Source of the DNA: Minutocellus sp. GHC0000111
Taxonomy: Eukaryota
Assembly: GCA_977018835.1 (NCBI GenBank)
Contig: OZ361260.1
Location: 2,976,001-3,040,000, forward strand
DNA length: 64,000 bases
Reading direction: 5' to 3'
Shown here: one piece after another, positions 37,585 through 49,131 of the stretch
Position numbering within the stretch: the stretch's first letter is position 1
How the letters are laid out: each line of letters begins with the position of its first letter
Translations under genes and position numbers: made by a program
The notes under the pieces: generated by a model
The model's input: only the letters and a program-made list of their open reading frames with translations
What the model was told of the DNA's origin: nothing
The model's database searches: none

Positions 37585-38872
37585 ATGAATCCCGACGCAG
37601 TTTTTGGCCAACCTCTCGGCGCAGCGCCGATTCTCCCCACCAAGTTAATCACACGTATGAATGACCCAGGACAACCTCCCCAACGCGAGCGTGTTGCCAA
37701 AGCGCTCAAGGAACTTCAACAAGCGGCGGCCAGCATTCCAGCAGGGTGCAATGACCGACCATGGTGAACTCGGCCACTTGGGCCTCGTCGTCAGCGATGC
37801 CGAACACACCACCAAAAGTAACGGCCGACCACATGTGCCTCCGGCAAATCCTGGCCCCAGCCCCACCATTCCCGCCGTGGCCAATCTAGACCAACGCGAT
37901 CGTGCAATCCGGGGACATTGCATCGAAAAGGGCCACTACAACTTGTACGAGCAAGTCAACACGGCGCTCAAGAATCTCCTCCTCGACTCGATCGACGCCG
38001 TCTACATCAATCATCTCGAAGATGACATGCTCGGTTTCCAGCCAGTCACCATCCGCCAAATCATCGACAGCATTACCGATCGCTACTTGAAATTCAACGA
38101 GACTCAGAAGGAGGAATTAGAGAAGCAGCTCGAGAAGCAGCACGACGGGGGACCCATCGACACCCACATCGCCATGTTCAACAAAGTCTTCAAGGCGTTT
38201 GAAACGGCCGGCGAACCCTTCACCAACAAGCAAAAGGTCTCCAAGTTCTACCGCTCCGTGCGCAGGTTCTCATTGGCAAAGAAGGCATGCGAAGACTGGG
38301 ACGACAGACCGGAGGCCGAACGCACGTGGGCCAACATGCAGTCGGACTTCCGCGATTGGCATGATAAGAAGATGGCCAATACCACCACCGAAGCGGCAGG
38401 ATATCATGGCGCGAATTTGGCCTCATCGGCCTCGGACGATCCATTTCTTTCTCGAGCCGATCTCCTTTTGGCTGATACCACCGAAGCCCTCAAGACCAAC
38501 CAAGCCATGATGGCGAACCTCGCCAAAAAGAGCAACGAGAAGGATGACACCATGGCCAAACTTCGCCAAGAAATAGCTTCACTCAAGGCCGAGAACCGCG
38601 TTCTGCGTGAGGGACGCAACCATACTGGTGGCAGTGGAGGCTACCGCGGCGGTGGCCAGCAGAACGGCGCCGGCCACTTCCCAGGCCAAGGTCCTAACCT
38701 CAACCGCCAGGAGAAGCGGGAACTGCAGTCGATCCTCCCCAGAGGCCATTATTGCCACACGTGCGGCTATTCGTCCAACCACCCCAGCTTTGAATGCACT
38801 TGCAAAGGGCCCAACCACGTTGATAACGCCACCAAGTACAATCCTTGCGGTGGCAGCTCGCGTCGTAACTGA
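37585..38872 (+). pseudogene. Copia gag
   Basis: GELGHLGLV, W..R...RTW.N....F and YCHTCG...H.S..C.....HVDNAT..N..GGS motifs; frameshift near the 5' end. Confidence 0.8.
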
Positions 38873-41800
38873 GCGGGAGGGACGGTGGATATTAATCAGT
38901 ATAAAATAGAGGATAGCACATCTGAATCCACCTCCTCCCCTCCTTCGTTAGCTTTTCTTACGTCAAAAAGCAAACCTCCAACTCAAGAGCCAATCGTCCT
39001 CGCAGCAGATACTGGAACGACGGGACATTTTGTCCAGAAGCCCCAACACCTATCGTGCGATGGCCCTATTTTCAACGTCCAACAGACAGCAATTCCTATC
39101 AGCGTCACCCTTCCGGATAATAGCACAATGACGAACACCCACGAGGCCACGCTTCGCTTCCCTGGGGTTTCCCCATCGGCTAGCAAGGCCTATATTTTCA
39201 ATAATATGGCATCATCGCTCCTATCGATTGGGCAGCTGTGTGACGATGGATGTATTGCCACTTTCGATAAGGATTCGGTAGTCATCGCCAAGGACAATAC
39301 CGTCATTTTGCAAGGTAAACGAGACCCCTCAACGAAATTGTGGATGGTAGATCTTAATTGCTCGCCCACCATGTCGCCGCTCCCCGGCCCCAACGTCATC
39401 CAACATGCTGCCAACGCCGCAATTGCCCAGGAGACGGTTCCGGAACGTGCAGCCTTTTTACATTGGTGCGCTGGCAGTCCTCAGCTATCTACCTGGTGCA
39501 AAGCAATCGATGCGGGATTTTATAGATCTTGGCAAGGCCTCACATCAAAGCTTGTACGTAAGCACATGCCACAGTCGATACCGATGATTAAAGGTCACTT
39601 AGACCAGCAGCGCAAGAACATCAGGTCGACCAAGCCCAAACGGTCGATGGCTACGCCAAAATCTCTCCCTGGGGTGGACGAAACCGAGCAGGATCTCCAC
39701 CCGGCACAACACCAACAGCGCACCAACTATGTCTTTGCTGATTGTCATGACATAACGGGCCAGATCTTCTCAGATCAGCCCGGCCGTTTCTTGGTATCGT
39801 CTATTTCTGGCCACCAGTGCATAATGGTCGTCTATGACTATGACTCCAACAGCATCTTGGCCGAACCAATGAAAAGCCGATCGGGAACGGAAATGCGCCG
39901 AGCGTACCAAACTATTTTCGAATACCTCTCCAAGCGAGGATTTCGCCCAAAATTGCAACGATTGGATAATGAAGTGAGTCGAGAGCTGAAGGAGTTCATG
40001 GAAGAAAAGGATGTAGATTTTCAATTGACCCCAACGCACTCCCACCGCCGAAATGCGGCCGAACGAGCCATTCGAACCTTTAAGAATCATTTCATTGCGA
40101 TTCTCTGTGGTGCCGATCCCGACTTTCCCCTCATCTTGTGGGATAAATTGCTGGAGCAGGCGGTAATGACCCTCAATTTCCTGAGAGCATCCCGAGTCAA
40201 CCCTCGACTATCAGCGTACGAGCAACTCAATGGCGGCTTTGATTTCAATCGCACGCCTCTCGGCCCCCTCGGATGCAAGGTCATCTTTCACGAGATGCCC
40301 TCGGCACGCGGCTCTTGGTCCCCGCATGGCGTTGATGGGTACTATGTCGGTCCAGCCATGGAACACTACCGGTGTTACAAGGTTTGGATTGAGGAAACTC
40401 GGGCGGAACGCACTGGTAACACACTCGTCTGGCTCCCCAAAATGATTCCGGTACCCAAAACGTCGTCGGCCGATGCAGCAATAGTCGCAGCTCATGAACT
40501 AAGGGTAGAGTCGTTGCATTTGACAAGAAGTATAAGTACTACAAAATCAAATACGAGGACGACGACGTAGAAGAGATGAACGAGACTGAAGTAGGCCGAC
40601 ACCTTGTCTCCAACCCCAACGCTCCGTTACCTCAGCCCCAGCAACCTCCGAGGGTGGCAAAATCCTCCACATGTGATGCAGCCACCACTAAAAGCCGTCG
40701 ATCACGTCGATCCAACGCGCCACCTCGCTCGTCAGTTTCTTCCAACTACTACAATCCTTTGGCTGCAGTAGACGAGCCCAACGGCGACGATGATGATAAT
40801 CATGACGACGATGCAACCGTCGCAACATCCAATCAAAGTTCCAATGCCCCCACCTCCCGTCGGCAACGTAAACGCAAGTCTCCAACGATCGATACCACTC
40901 CAACATTGCCAGCTCCAGCAAAATCGACAAGCAAGTCCAAACCATCGACCGCCAAACCACCTCGACGACGATCATACCGTCAGCGAGGGTACATTCCACA
41001 TCGGAACCCTCCCCCACGGCCATCATCTCGTCGTAGTACCCACCACGTGGCCAACATGGCAGCTTTCTCGCCTTTACCAAACCTCCAACACTTTGCTAAC
41101 GCCGTCGTCCATCCCGATGCTGGTGCAATGCTTGAATGCCGCGACCTCCTCAAAACGAACATGAGGGACCAATTCATTCAAGCAAACATCGATGAAATTG
41201 GACGGCTAACGGACGGCCGAGTTGGAAACAGTGCTAGCATTCCCTCCAATACAATGGCTTTCGTCCACTGGTCCGAACTGCCTCGGGGGAAAAAGCCACA
41301 TACCTCCGCATTGTCGCCGACTATCGCTCCCATAAACCAAATCCCAATCGAGTTCGATGGACTGCAGGAGGCGACAAAATTCATTACCCTGGTACAGTCT
41401 CGACCCCGACCGCTGAAATGTTGACTGCAAAGTTACTTTTCAACAGCGTCATCTCTACAGACAACGCTCGTTTCATGGGAATTGATGTCAGTGACTTCTA
41501 TCTCAATAGCACCATGCCAGAGCCAGAATGGATGTGGGCGCCAGTAGCTCTCATCCCCGACGAAGTCATGGAAGCCTACGACCTCCACGACAAAGTAAAG
41601 AATGGTCGAGTATTGGTCAGAATCGATGGCGGAATGCATGGATTACCCCAGGCAGGGCGCCTAGCCTACGATCAACTTGTCAAGCATCTCAAACCCCATG
41701 GCTATTTCCCTTGCAAGCGTACTGCCGGCCTTTGGAGGCACAAAACCCGCCCAATTACCTTTTGCCTAACCGTTGACGATTTTGGAGTAAAGTATGTCGG

Positions 41801-42813
41801 GAAAGAGCATGCAGACCATCTCATTCAGGCCCTCAACTCCAAGTACAAGATCACTACCGATTGGGAAGGCCGACTTTATTGTGGTATTCAACTCGAGTGG
41901 AACTACGAGGCCAAATGGGTGGATCTATCTATGCCTAACTACGTCAAGGAGATGCGCCACAAGTTCCAACACGACCGCCCCTCACGGCCCGAGCATGCAC
42001 CATATCGATGGAATCGTCCGACGTATGGCCCGGGACCCCAGATGCCAGAACCGGAAGACGACTCACCACCACTCGACGCCAAAGGCATCAACGAAATTCA
42101 ACAGGTGGTGGGCAGCTCCTTGTGCTATGGTCGAGCAATTGATTCAACAATTTTACCGGCGCTCAACACAGCATCTCAGCGGAACAATCCAAAGCTACCG
42201 AGCGCACTCGACAAGATGCCAAGAAGCTTCTAGATTACCTTGCAACCCATCCCGACGCAGTCATTCGATGCGTCAAGTCAGACATGATCCTACATGTACA
42301 TAGCGACGCCTCCTACTTATCAGCCCCGAAATCAAGAAGCAAGCTCGGAGGGTGCTTCTACCTAAGCTCCCGACCTAAGGACCCGCACCGCCAGCCTGAC
42401 TCAAGTGATCCCATGCCACCAATGAATGGAGCCATCCTCGTCAATGCCAACATCATCAAGCATGCAATGCCCTCAGCCGCTGAAGCCGAATTGGGAGGAT
42501 TATTTTTCAACACATGAAAGATGCAGTGCCAATCCGGGCAGCACTAGAAGAAATGGGTCACCCGCAGCCCCCTACTGCTATCGTCGTTGACAACTCTACA
42601 GCATCTGGAATCGCCAATGAAACCGTCAAGCAAAGACGGTCTAAGGCTATGGACATGAGATACTGCTGGGTCCAAGATCGCATAGAGCAACGACAATTCC
42701 AGGTGCACTGGCGGAAAGGAGCGCAAAATTTGGCCGATTATTTTACAAAGCACCATCCCGCCCGCTACCATGTCGACATGCGACCAGTCTACTTACATGT
42801 AGATTCCAATTAG
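38873..42813 (+). pseudogene. Copia pol (protease, integrase, Tudor-like domain, RT, RNase H) with a deletion and frameshifts
   Basis: ADTGTTGHF; SDQPGRF, RLDNE, RRNAAERAIRTFKNHF; GMHGLPQAG, LTVDDFGVKY; HSDASYL, AAEAELG, VDNSTA, NLADYFTKHH. Confidence 0.9.
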
Positions 42814-43089
42814 GACTCTACATGTAGATTCAATGGCACTAGTCATTGATCTGCGAGGGTGTGTTGATGCCGTGGGATGCGTACGTACGTATACATACGT
42901 ACGGTACGTACGGTGATCAGACCACTGACTCAGTGCCCTCTCCTGACCGTTGATCCATGGGCCAACGACATCTCCGATGGCCCATTTTTCATCTACGTAG
43001 GTACTATTAACCTCTACTAGCTATATCTATCTAGCTTAGCTTAGCTTTAGGACCTCTTAGCAGACCTACGTGATGCATCTTTTCCACAC

Positions 43090-43635
43090 GTGCCAGTCCG
43101 GTGACACACACACCAAGAAGGCTTGTTGCTCGATCGAGGTGCTCGGCGACCAGACCGTGCGCTACTGGAGTAAGGTGTGAAACGGCTGCTGCTGGGGGGA
43201 TGGCTGGTACCCCGTGGCTCTCGATGGGAGGCAGCCTGTGGCGCGCTCGACGAGATCGGTGAGGCACTCGGCAACGTCGATTCGGCCCTCGGCAAAACTT
43301 TTCCACCAATCCAGTGCGTCTGTGGTCAGTCTCTCGGACGACGCCCTGGCTGTGAAGAAACTTCTGCGCCCGGGCCGAATCTGACGTCTGAGTCTGTCCC
43401 AGCCTCGTGGAAGGTCAGGAGAGTCTCCTCGGACGATGAGGTCTCTTGCCACTCCGAACAACACGTGATCCAGTTCCGGTCGATCTGGTTTTCGGCCATG
43501 CACTGTTCTGCCGTCGTGGAGACTGGTGTCGGATCTACGTGCACTATCAACGGAGCTGAGCCGTGGCCGTTTGACTCCGGAGTCGACTGCGGTCTCTGGA
43601 CTAACAGCAGTGGTGGTGGTGTGTCGGCCGGCCAA
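43090..43635 (-). mobile_element. Second, 5'-only fragment of the YR retroelement abutting the copia 3' LTR
   Basis: About 545 bp colinear and highly similar to 34524-35074. Confidence 0.9.
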
Positions 43636-44827
43636 TCAACAATCGTGCCTGAGGGGGGAATTCAACCCCGCATCGTCGAGGAATTTCAACCTCGCATCTC
43701 AAAAAAAGAAAAAAAGAACTCGGGGCGCCATTTTGGCTGGCCATTTTGGCCGACACAGGCAGGACCGGGTCGGCCTCCTCGTCCTGGCGGGGAGGAAGCC
43801 GCGGCTGGGCCAGAGCTTCGGGGGGTGCCGCTCCCACGGCAGTGGTAGCAGCGGTCGATCGGATGTGGACATTTGCTCCACATGCACCACACACAACCAA
43901 GAAGATTTTGAATGTTTTTTTTTCCGTCAATGTGAAGCCTTAAGCACATTGCAGAACAGTCCACACCCCCAATAAGGACATGTTGATTCTAGCTAGAGCT
44001 GAGGCAGAGCAGATGGCTTTTTAAGACACTGATCAATTTAAGATGCTGCATGTTGTCAGGGCCCTCTCCCATAGTGACTACTAGTAACAAGTAATAGGGA
44101 CATTGGTTGCTATGAATAGGGGCATTGATGTCTTGTTAGCGGCATTACTAGCAGCATCTTAATTTGCCACTCATCGATGATGGCGGCAGATTTGAGCTCC
44201 AAACAAAATCCCTGATGTCTCAGGGTAGGCATCGAATAATTTCACCGGACAATTTTTCCTAGAATCAGCATGTTCTCAGCTGTCCAAAGACGCACAGAAA
44301 GTGTTCACACTATTAACGGATCAAAAAATTAATTCAGATTTCAATCTGCAGCACATGTGTCTTAAGAGGGCGCTGTCCATAACTTTTAGGAAGCCCCCAA
44401 AATGCGTGTTTTGTGCCGTTTTTTCTTCGCACCATCGCCAAAGTTAGCACTCCAAGGTGACAATGGGCTCCTCATCGAAGGCCGCCGCTCTCCACAGTGG
44501 CGAAGAGTCATCGACGTTCCTTTCAGCATTAAGTCGGAAATCCCTCCAGGAACACTTGGTTCAGAGGAACTTCGATGAATCAACTCTCCCTCAGAAACAC
44601 AATGGTCGACGTGCACATCATCGTCGGATCGACCGAAATTAGTCTCGGCCGACGCATAACCAGCATTGGTGGTGCTGGTGGGAAGACATCTTGAAGTTTT
44701 TCTGTTGGGAGGTAAGGGGATATTTGTTTGGGGTATTTTTGCACGTCTCCCTCATTTGGGGTTCTTTTTGTAAGGTTCTCATCGAAAAGCGTGTCTTGCG
44801 CCAGAACCGACACAAAAAAAAACAACC

Positions 44828-47141
44828 ATGGAAACATCACGTGCTAACGCCAAGGAGGCAATCCTCTCACTCTTGCTCTCATTCCCAGACGACGTCAGAT
44901 GTACTTACTACACTATTGATGAGCTTGTCCGTATCTTGATGCGCGGTGGCGTGTCGCCGAGCTTAGAGATCTCTCTTGTTCGATCATCTCTTCAACACGT
45001 CCCAACACGACACGAGGTCAACATCCAACGACGACGTCCAGAGAAAATATCAGGCCTTGACGTTGCAAAGCCCTTCTACCGCTTCTCCAGAATAGCCGAT
45101 AACGCCAGCCCACGCTCTCAACGCAATGGCAAGCGATCACTGCCGACCATGCCTGAAAATTGCTTCCAGGACGATGAAAAGCATGGGCCCCATCTCAACG
45201 CGATGCTGAAATGTTATTCCGACAAGAACTCTTCGGGCGGTCGGTCATCTACTCCCACCGCCAACGCTACCGATCGTCCCAACATCACCGGCGTGCAGCT
45301 CAACGGCAAAAGAATTGTGGTTGAGATGAAGCAGCTGCATGATTTCGTACAGAATCTCCACCGATCGTGCGGCAATCTGTGTCTCTCGGCCGAGCCAGTT
45401 CGGCGTGGATTCGGCGTCACATTTGAATGGTTATGCGATAGACGCAACCAACCTTTTTCTTTTTGCACTTGGATCGGCCAGAGGTCAGAAGTTGTGTGCC
45501 CCGGCAGAAAGCATTCTAGAAGTCAGGCTGGAATGAACTTGGAGCTGATGGAGGCAGCGGAAGATGAGGCCATGTGCGCAAGTCGCTTCATGAATTTCTG
45601 CACGAAGGCCGACATCGTCCATCCGACCGAAAAGAATGCCCGACAGGTGGAAAAGAAATGCAGAGCAGCGGCTATTGAAGCAGCTGATGAAATCATTGAC
45701 GAGAACAGGGCAAAAGCATGTGCCGCTAGCAGCAAGACTGTTGAGTTTGAACAAGGCGGCGAGATGCACACGGCGGCGGTGGTTACGGTGGCCCAAGACG
45801 GCAGCGCCCTCAAACGCGACTACGGCCATTGCTACACTGGCTCTGCTGCAGCGGTATTTGCCGTAGACAAGGAAACTGGCCTTGTTGTTGACAAGGGAAT
45901 CTCTCAGGCAAGCTGCCACTATTGCGTGAGAGCCTGCAATGCAAGATTGAGGGAGAGGCGGGAAGCCGGCAATCCAATGACGCCGAGTGAGCTCAAAAAC
46001 ATGAGCAAGGATGAGACACTGGCCCTGTGCGACCATGATGGCTTCTGCTATCGCAACTCTTCCTACTCCCCCGGTGTGGCAGAGGAGCATCTGGCCGAGA
46101 ATGTTGGGAGTTGAAAATTTTAATGCCATCCCCCGACCACGCATCAATCGGATGAAACAGGACATTTCGAAGATTGCTGATCGGTACAAGCACAGCGTTC
46201 TCGATCAGCCCGATGGTGCTGTGTCCGAGGAGGAAAAACAAAGTCATTTGGCCCTCCTTCAGAAAGAACTCCAGTCCGTCGTTCGTCACCAATGTGGCAT
46301 TCACACTTTTTGCACCACCAACACGTGTGATTGGATTCGCCTCAGCATTGCTCATCCTGATTGGAGTGATGGCAAGCTCGATGAGGAATGGAGCTCGGGG
46401 AATCAATTCGATGGCGACATATTGGAGATTAGTGACGACACGATTCGCAAGATGACGCTTGAAATAACCAAGAGAATCAACAAGAATACTGCCTTTTCCA
46501 ACTGCAAGAAGGAATCTACCACCGGCGTCGAACAGCTCAACGGGATGGTGACGAAGTTCACGATGGGGAAAAGGCCGAATTTGACTGCTTCAGACGCCTA
46601 CCCAAATGCAACAAGTAGAGCCGCTGGCCACAAGTCACTGGGTACGGAATTCAATGAGCGAGTTCTTGGAAAGTTGGGATCGAGGGATTCTCCTACCCGA
46701 AAAGATGGATTCGATGCAATTGACCGGAAGCTCGAGGGCGACCTTGCGCGTAAGCGCACCGATGAGTACAAAAAGAGCAAGAGCGACAGCAAGCGCCTTC
46801 GAGCAGCCTTGCGAAACAGAAGCGAGAAAGACGACAAGGACTATGTGTACAAGAAGAACAGGGCCCTAGCTGCTGGTAAGGCGAAACCAGCAAAGCCTGG
46901 CCGCAAGAAGAAGATTGACCAGCAGTGTCAGAAATGCAAGCAGCTTGGCCACACTCGGGCTGAATGTCAATGCGACGATGCTGACGACGTTGTCGTTTAC
47001 GCCGGAAAGAAGCGCAGAAGCCCAGGCAGCAACAAGAAATCTGCAAGAAATAATAAGAAAGCTAAGACAAACTTCGGTGTATCGGCAAATGATGTTAGCT
47101 CTTGGATGCCGGCGATACTGAGAGAAAATGGCAGCTTGTAA
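44828..47141 (+). pseudogene. Kolobok DDE transposase, broken near 46110
   Basis: VAQDGSALKRDYGH, VDKETGLVVD...CHYC, H...C.RN, STTGVEQLN and C-terminal CQKCKQLGHTRAEC. The second-Asp region appears to be missing. Confidence 0.7.
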
Positions 47142-47245
47142 ACACGTGTAAAATATTTTATCACTGTAAATAAAAATGGATTTATTGTGTGCTGTTACTC
47201 ACGTGCTACGCACATTCTTGTTATCTACATGTGTTGAGGTAATGA

Positions 47246-48475
47246 TTATGCATTTTCCTCTTCTTCTTCCTCTTCATCTTGATGACCAGGGATGAATCCA
47301 ACATATCGTTCACCTTTATCATTTGGATAAATGAACCTAATGCAAAAGACTAGACAGGTTGGCAAGGGCTTCCGATCAAGCCAACCTCTCACATGATACA
47401 CCTCAGTTGCATAGTACCAATACAGCATGTTCCTCTTCAAATTATTTGCCATGGCTTCGACTGGCATGGTGGTTGCGTAGTATTTGTCAGCGATATCCTC
47501 CAGGTCCTCCTCCGTCGGCACCAGCATTTCTTCGCAGACGCATTTCTGAAAGAAGAGTGTGCCGTACATTGAGCAGCTTCGGTTGGCGGCAGTGCAGCAA
47601 GCAGGGGGTATTGGCGGCCTCTCTCTGGTCTCGTCCCAATTACCGAATGTGTCTGCCTCCGGCGCTGCCGTCGGATCATGGTCGGCTTCCTCACAAACGG
47701 CCGCAACAAGAGCATCCGTGTCCGATCTGATCGCTGCTGATGGCCCACCATCTACCTGCAGAAGTTGGCCCATTCCAACAATATCAAAATCAACTAGTCC
47801 AATCCCAGCAGTAGAGTGTATGTCATCATATGGAGCCACATGCCATCGGTGGAACTTTGTCAATTTGATCACATGGCCCTGTTGTAGACTTCGGGCCTTT
47901 TCGGTAATTGTCAGGGCAACACGAGCGACGATAAGCTTTCCGCTTCCATCAAGCAAAGTAAGCGATGTGGTGTTGAAAGGTCGGCCGTGCGCAGCAAGAG
48001 CCGATCCAATATCGATCCGTTTCCCATGAAGTTGAAATATAGGGAAGAATTCAGGTCCGGCGTCAAACATGGGATCTTGCAATTGATCGACGATGCCGAC
48101 CGTCAGCCTCAACTTCACATCAGCCACGGACAGGTTGGTAACTACGAGGCCGGGCCGCTCAGCAGCGACATCAATATCATCCCGAACATGATACTTATCA
48201 GCGCGAGCCTCGACTGCTTTGACAAGATGTTGAAGTGCATGGCCGACGCCGGGATTGTTCCATAATTCTCGTCCTTGTCCGTTCGGGTCGTTCTCCAACG
48301 TGACGGCGAGGCCCTCCAGTATCTCGGTAACGGCGTCTTTCGCTTTGTCCTCCGCCTTCTCTTTCTTCTTGTCAACAGGCAAAATCGGGCGACCGGAGTT
48401 ATCTGTCTTGAGTTTCCGCAACCGCGTATCTGCGTTGTGGGCCGGGCCGGCACTATTATCAGCGCTGCGCTTCAT
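47246..48475 (-). CDS. KolX-like accessory protein with a putative N-terminal OB fold
   Basis: C-terminal KRNMLY...RKPLPTCLVFCIRFIYPN..GERYVGF fits the KolX/P2X7-ballast consensus; convergent to the transposase. Confidence 0.7.
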   Translation of the reverse strand: MKRSADNSAGPAHNADTRLRKLKTDNSGRPILPVDKKKEKAEDKAKDAVTEILEGLAVTLENDPNGQGRELWNNPGVGHALQHLVKAVEARADKYHVRDDIDVAAERPGLVVTNLSVADVKLRLTVGIVDQLQDPMFDAGPEFFPIFQLHGKRIDIGSALAAHGRPFNTTSLTLLDGSGKLIVARVALTITEKARSLQQGHVIKLTKFHRWHVAPYDDIHSTAGIGLVDFDIVGMGQLLQVDGGPSAAIRSDTDALVAAVCEEADHDPTAAPEADTFGNWDETRERPPIPPACCTAANRSCSMYGTLFFQKCVCEEMLVPTEEDLEDIADKYYATTMPVEAMANNLKRNMLYWYYATEVYHVRGWLDRKPLPTCLVFCIRFIYPNDKGERYVGFIPGHQDEEEEEEENA

Positions 48476-49131
48476 CGTAATGAAGAGGGGGCAGAGCGGC
48501 GATTCTCATGGTGGGGTCGAGTTTTTGTCATGCTTCGCTAGTCATAAGAAATAAGAATAAGGGGGATTAAAAACGGGGAAAATTATGGACAGCGCCCTCT
48601 TAAATAGCCATTTACTCTAGCTAGGTCTCATCATCATCATCCTTGCCTGCTGCCTTCTTTAGATCTCTACAAAAAATGAATTTATTTGTGGCTCTCAAAC
48701 AAGAATGTGAAATATTCTTATAGATCATAAGGGGACGGACTGTATCCTATCCACTGCACCGAAGATTGGCCACTGGCGTGTGTGGCGTGGGCCGCTCATC
48801 AGCCAGCGCAAGTTTCTCTCGATCTGGGCAACACGACGCCAGTTAGTGCCTCACATCAACATTTTAGTGGAAACGTTCTCATAACGGCGCTACTGCGGTA
48901 TCTTTCTCACATCTTGTGCTTCTTTTTATACACAGAGCAACGACCACTGCGCTTGCCCCCCCCCTCCAAGAGAATAGACCTAAAGGAACACCCCTTGCTC
49001 GTTTTCGGAGTGGACAATTTTGAAGCGCCTGAAGTGTGCCGACACTCTTTCGGAGTCAACCGAACCAGTTCAGCCGCTTCGCTTCCCTTCCTCCGTCCTC
49101 CGTTCCTCCGACCGTTTGGGATCGGGACACC

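Larger units (their letters stand above)
37092..43088 (+). mobile_element. Ty1/copia LTR retrotransposon (diatom CoDi-like), degenerate
   Basis: LTRs 37092-37312 and 42862-43088 starting TGTTG; purine-rich gcgagggtg before the 3' LTR; gag-PR-IN-RT-RH order. No matching TSD. Confidence 0.95.
44366..48599. mobile_element. Kolobok-type DNA transposon
   Basis: 17-bp TIR GAGGGCGCTGTCCATAA, TTAA TSD (44362-65, 48600-03), RR..YY termini, two convergent ORFs. Confidence 0.85.

Noticed and set aside
34524..43635. Classical RIP or CpG deamination as the cause of copy differences
   Set aside because: Catalytic Tyr loss and TA TSD erosion polarise changes away from TA, and no CG-vs-TG/CA differences were seen between the YR copies (only one in the LTR pair).
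48725..48744. Lone ggacggactg-TA MITE-like right end
   Set aside because: No convincing left TIR found; cagtcc at about 43957 matches only 6 bp.
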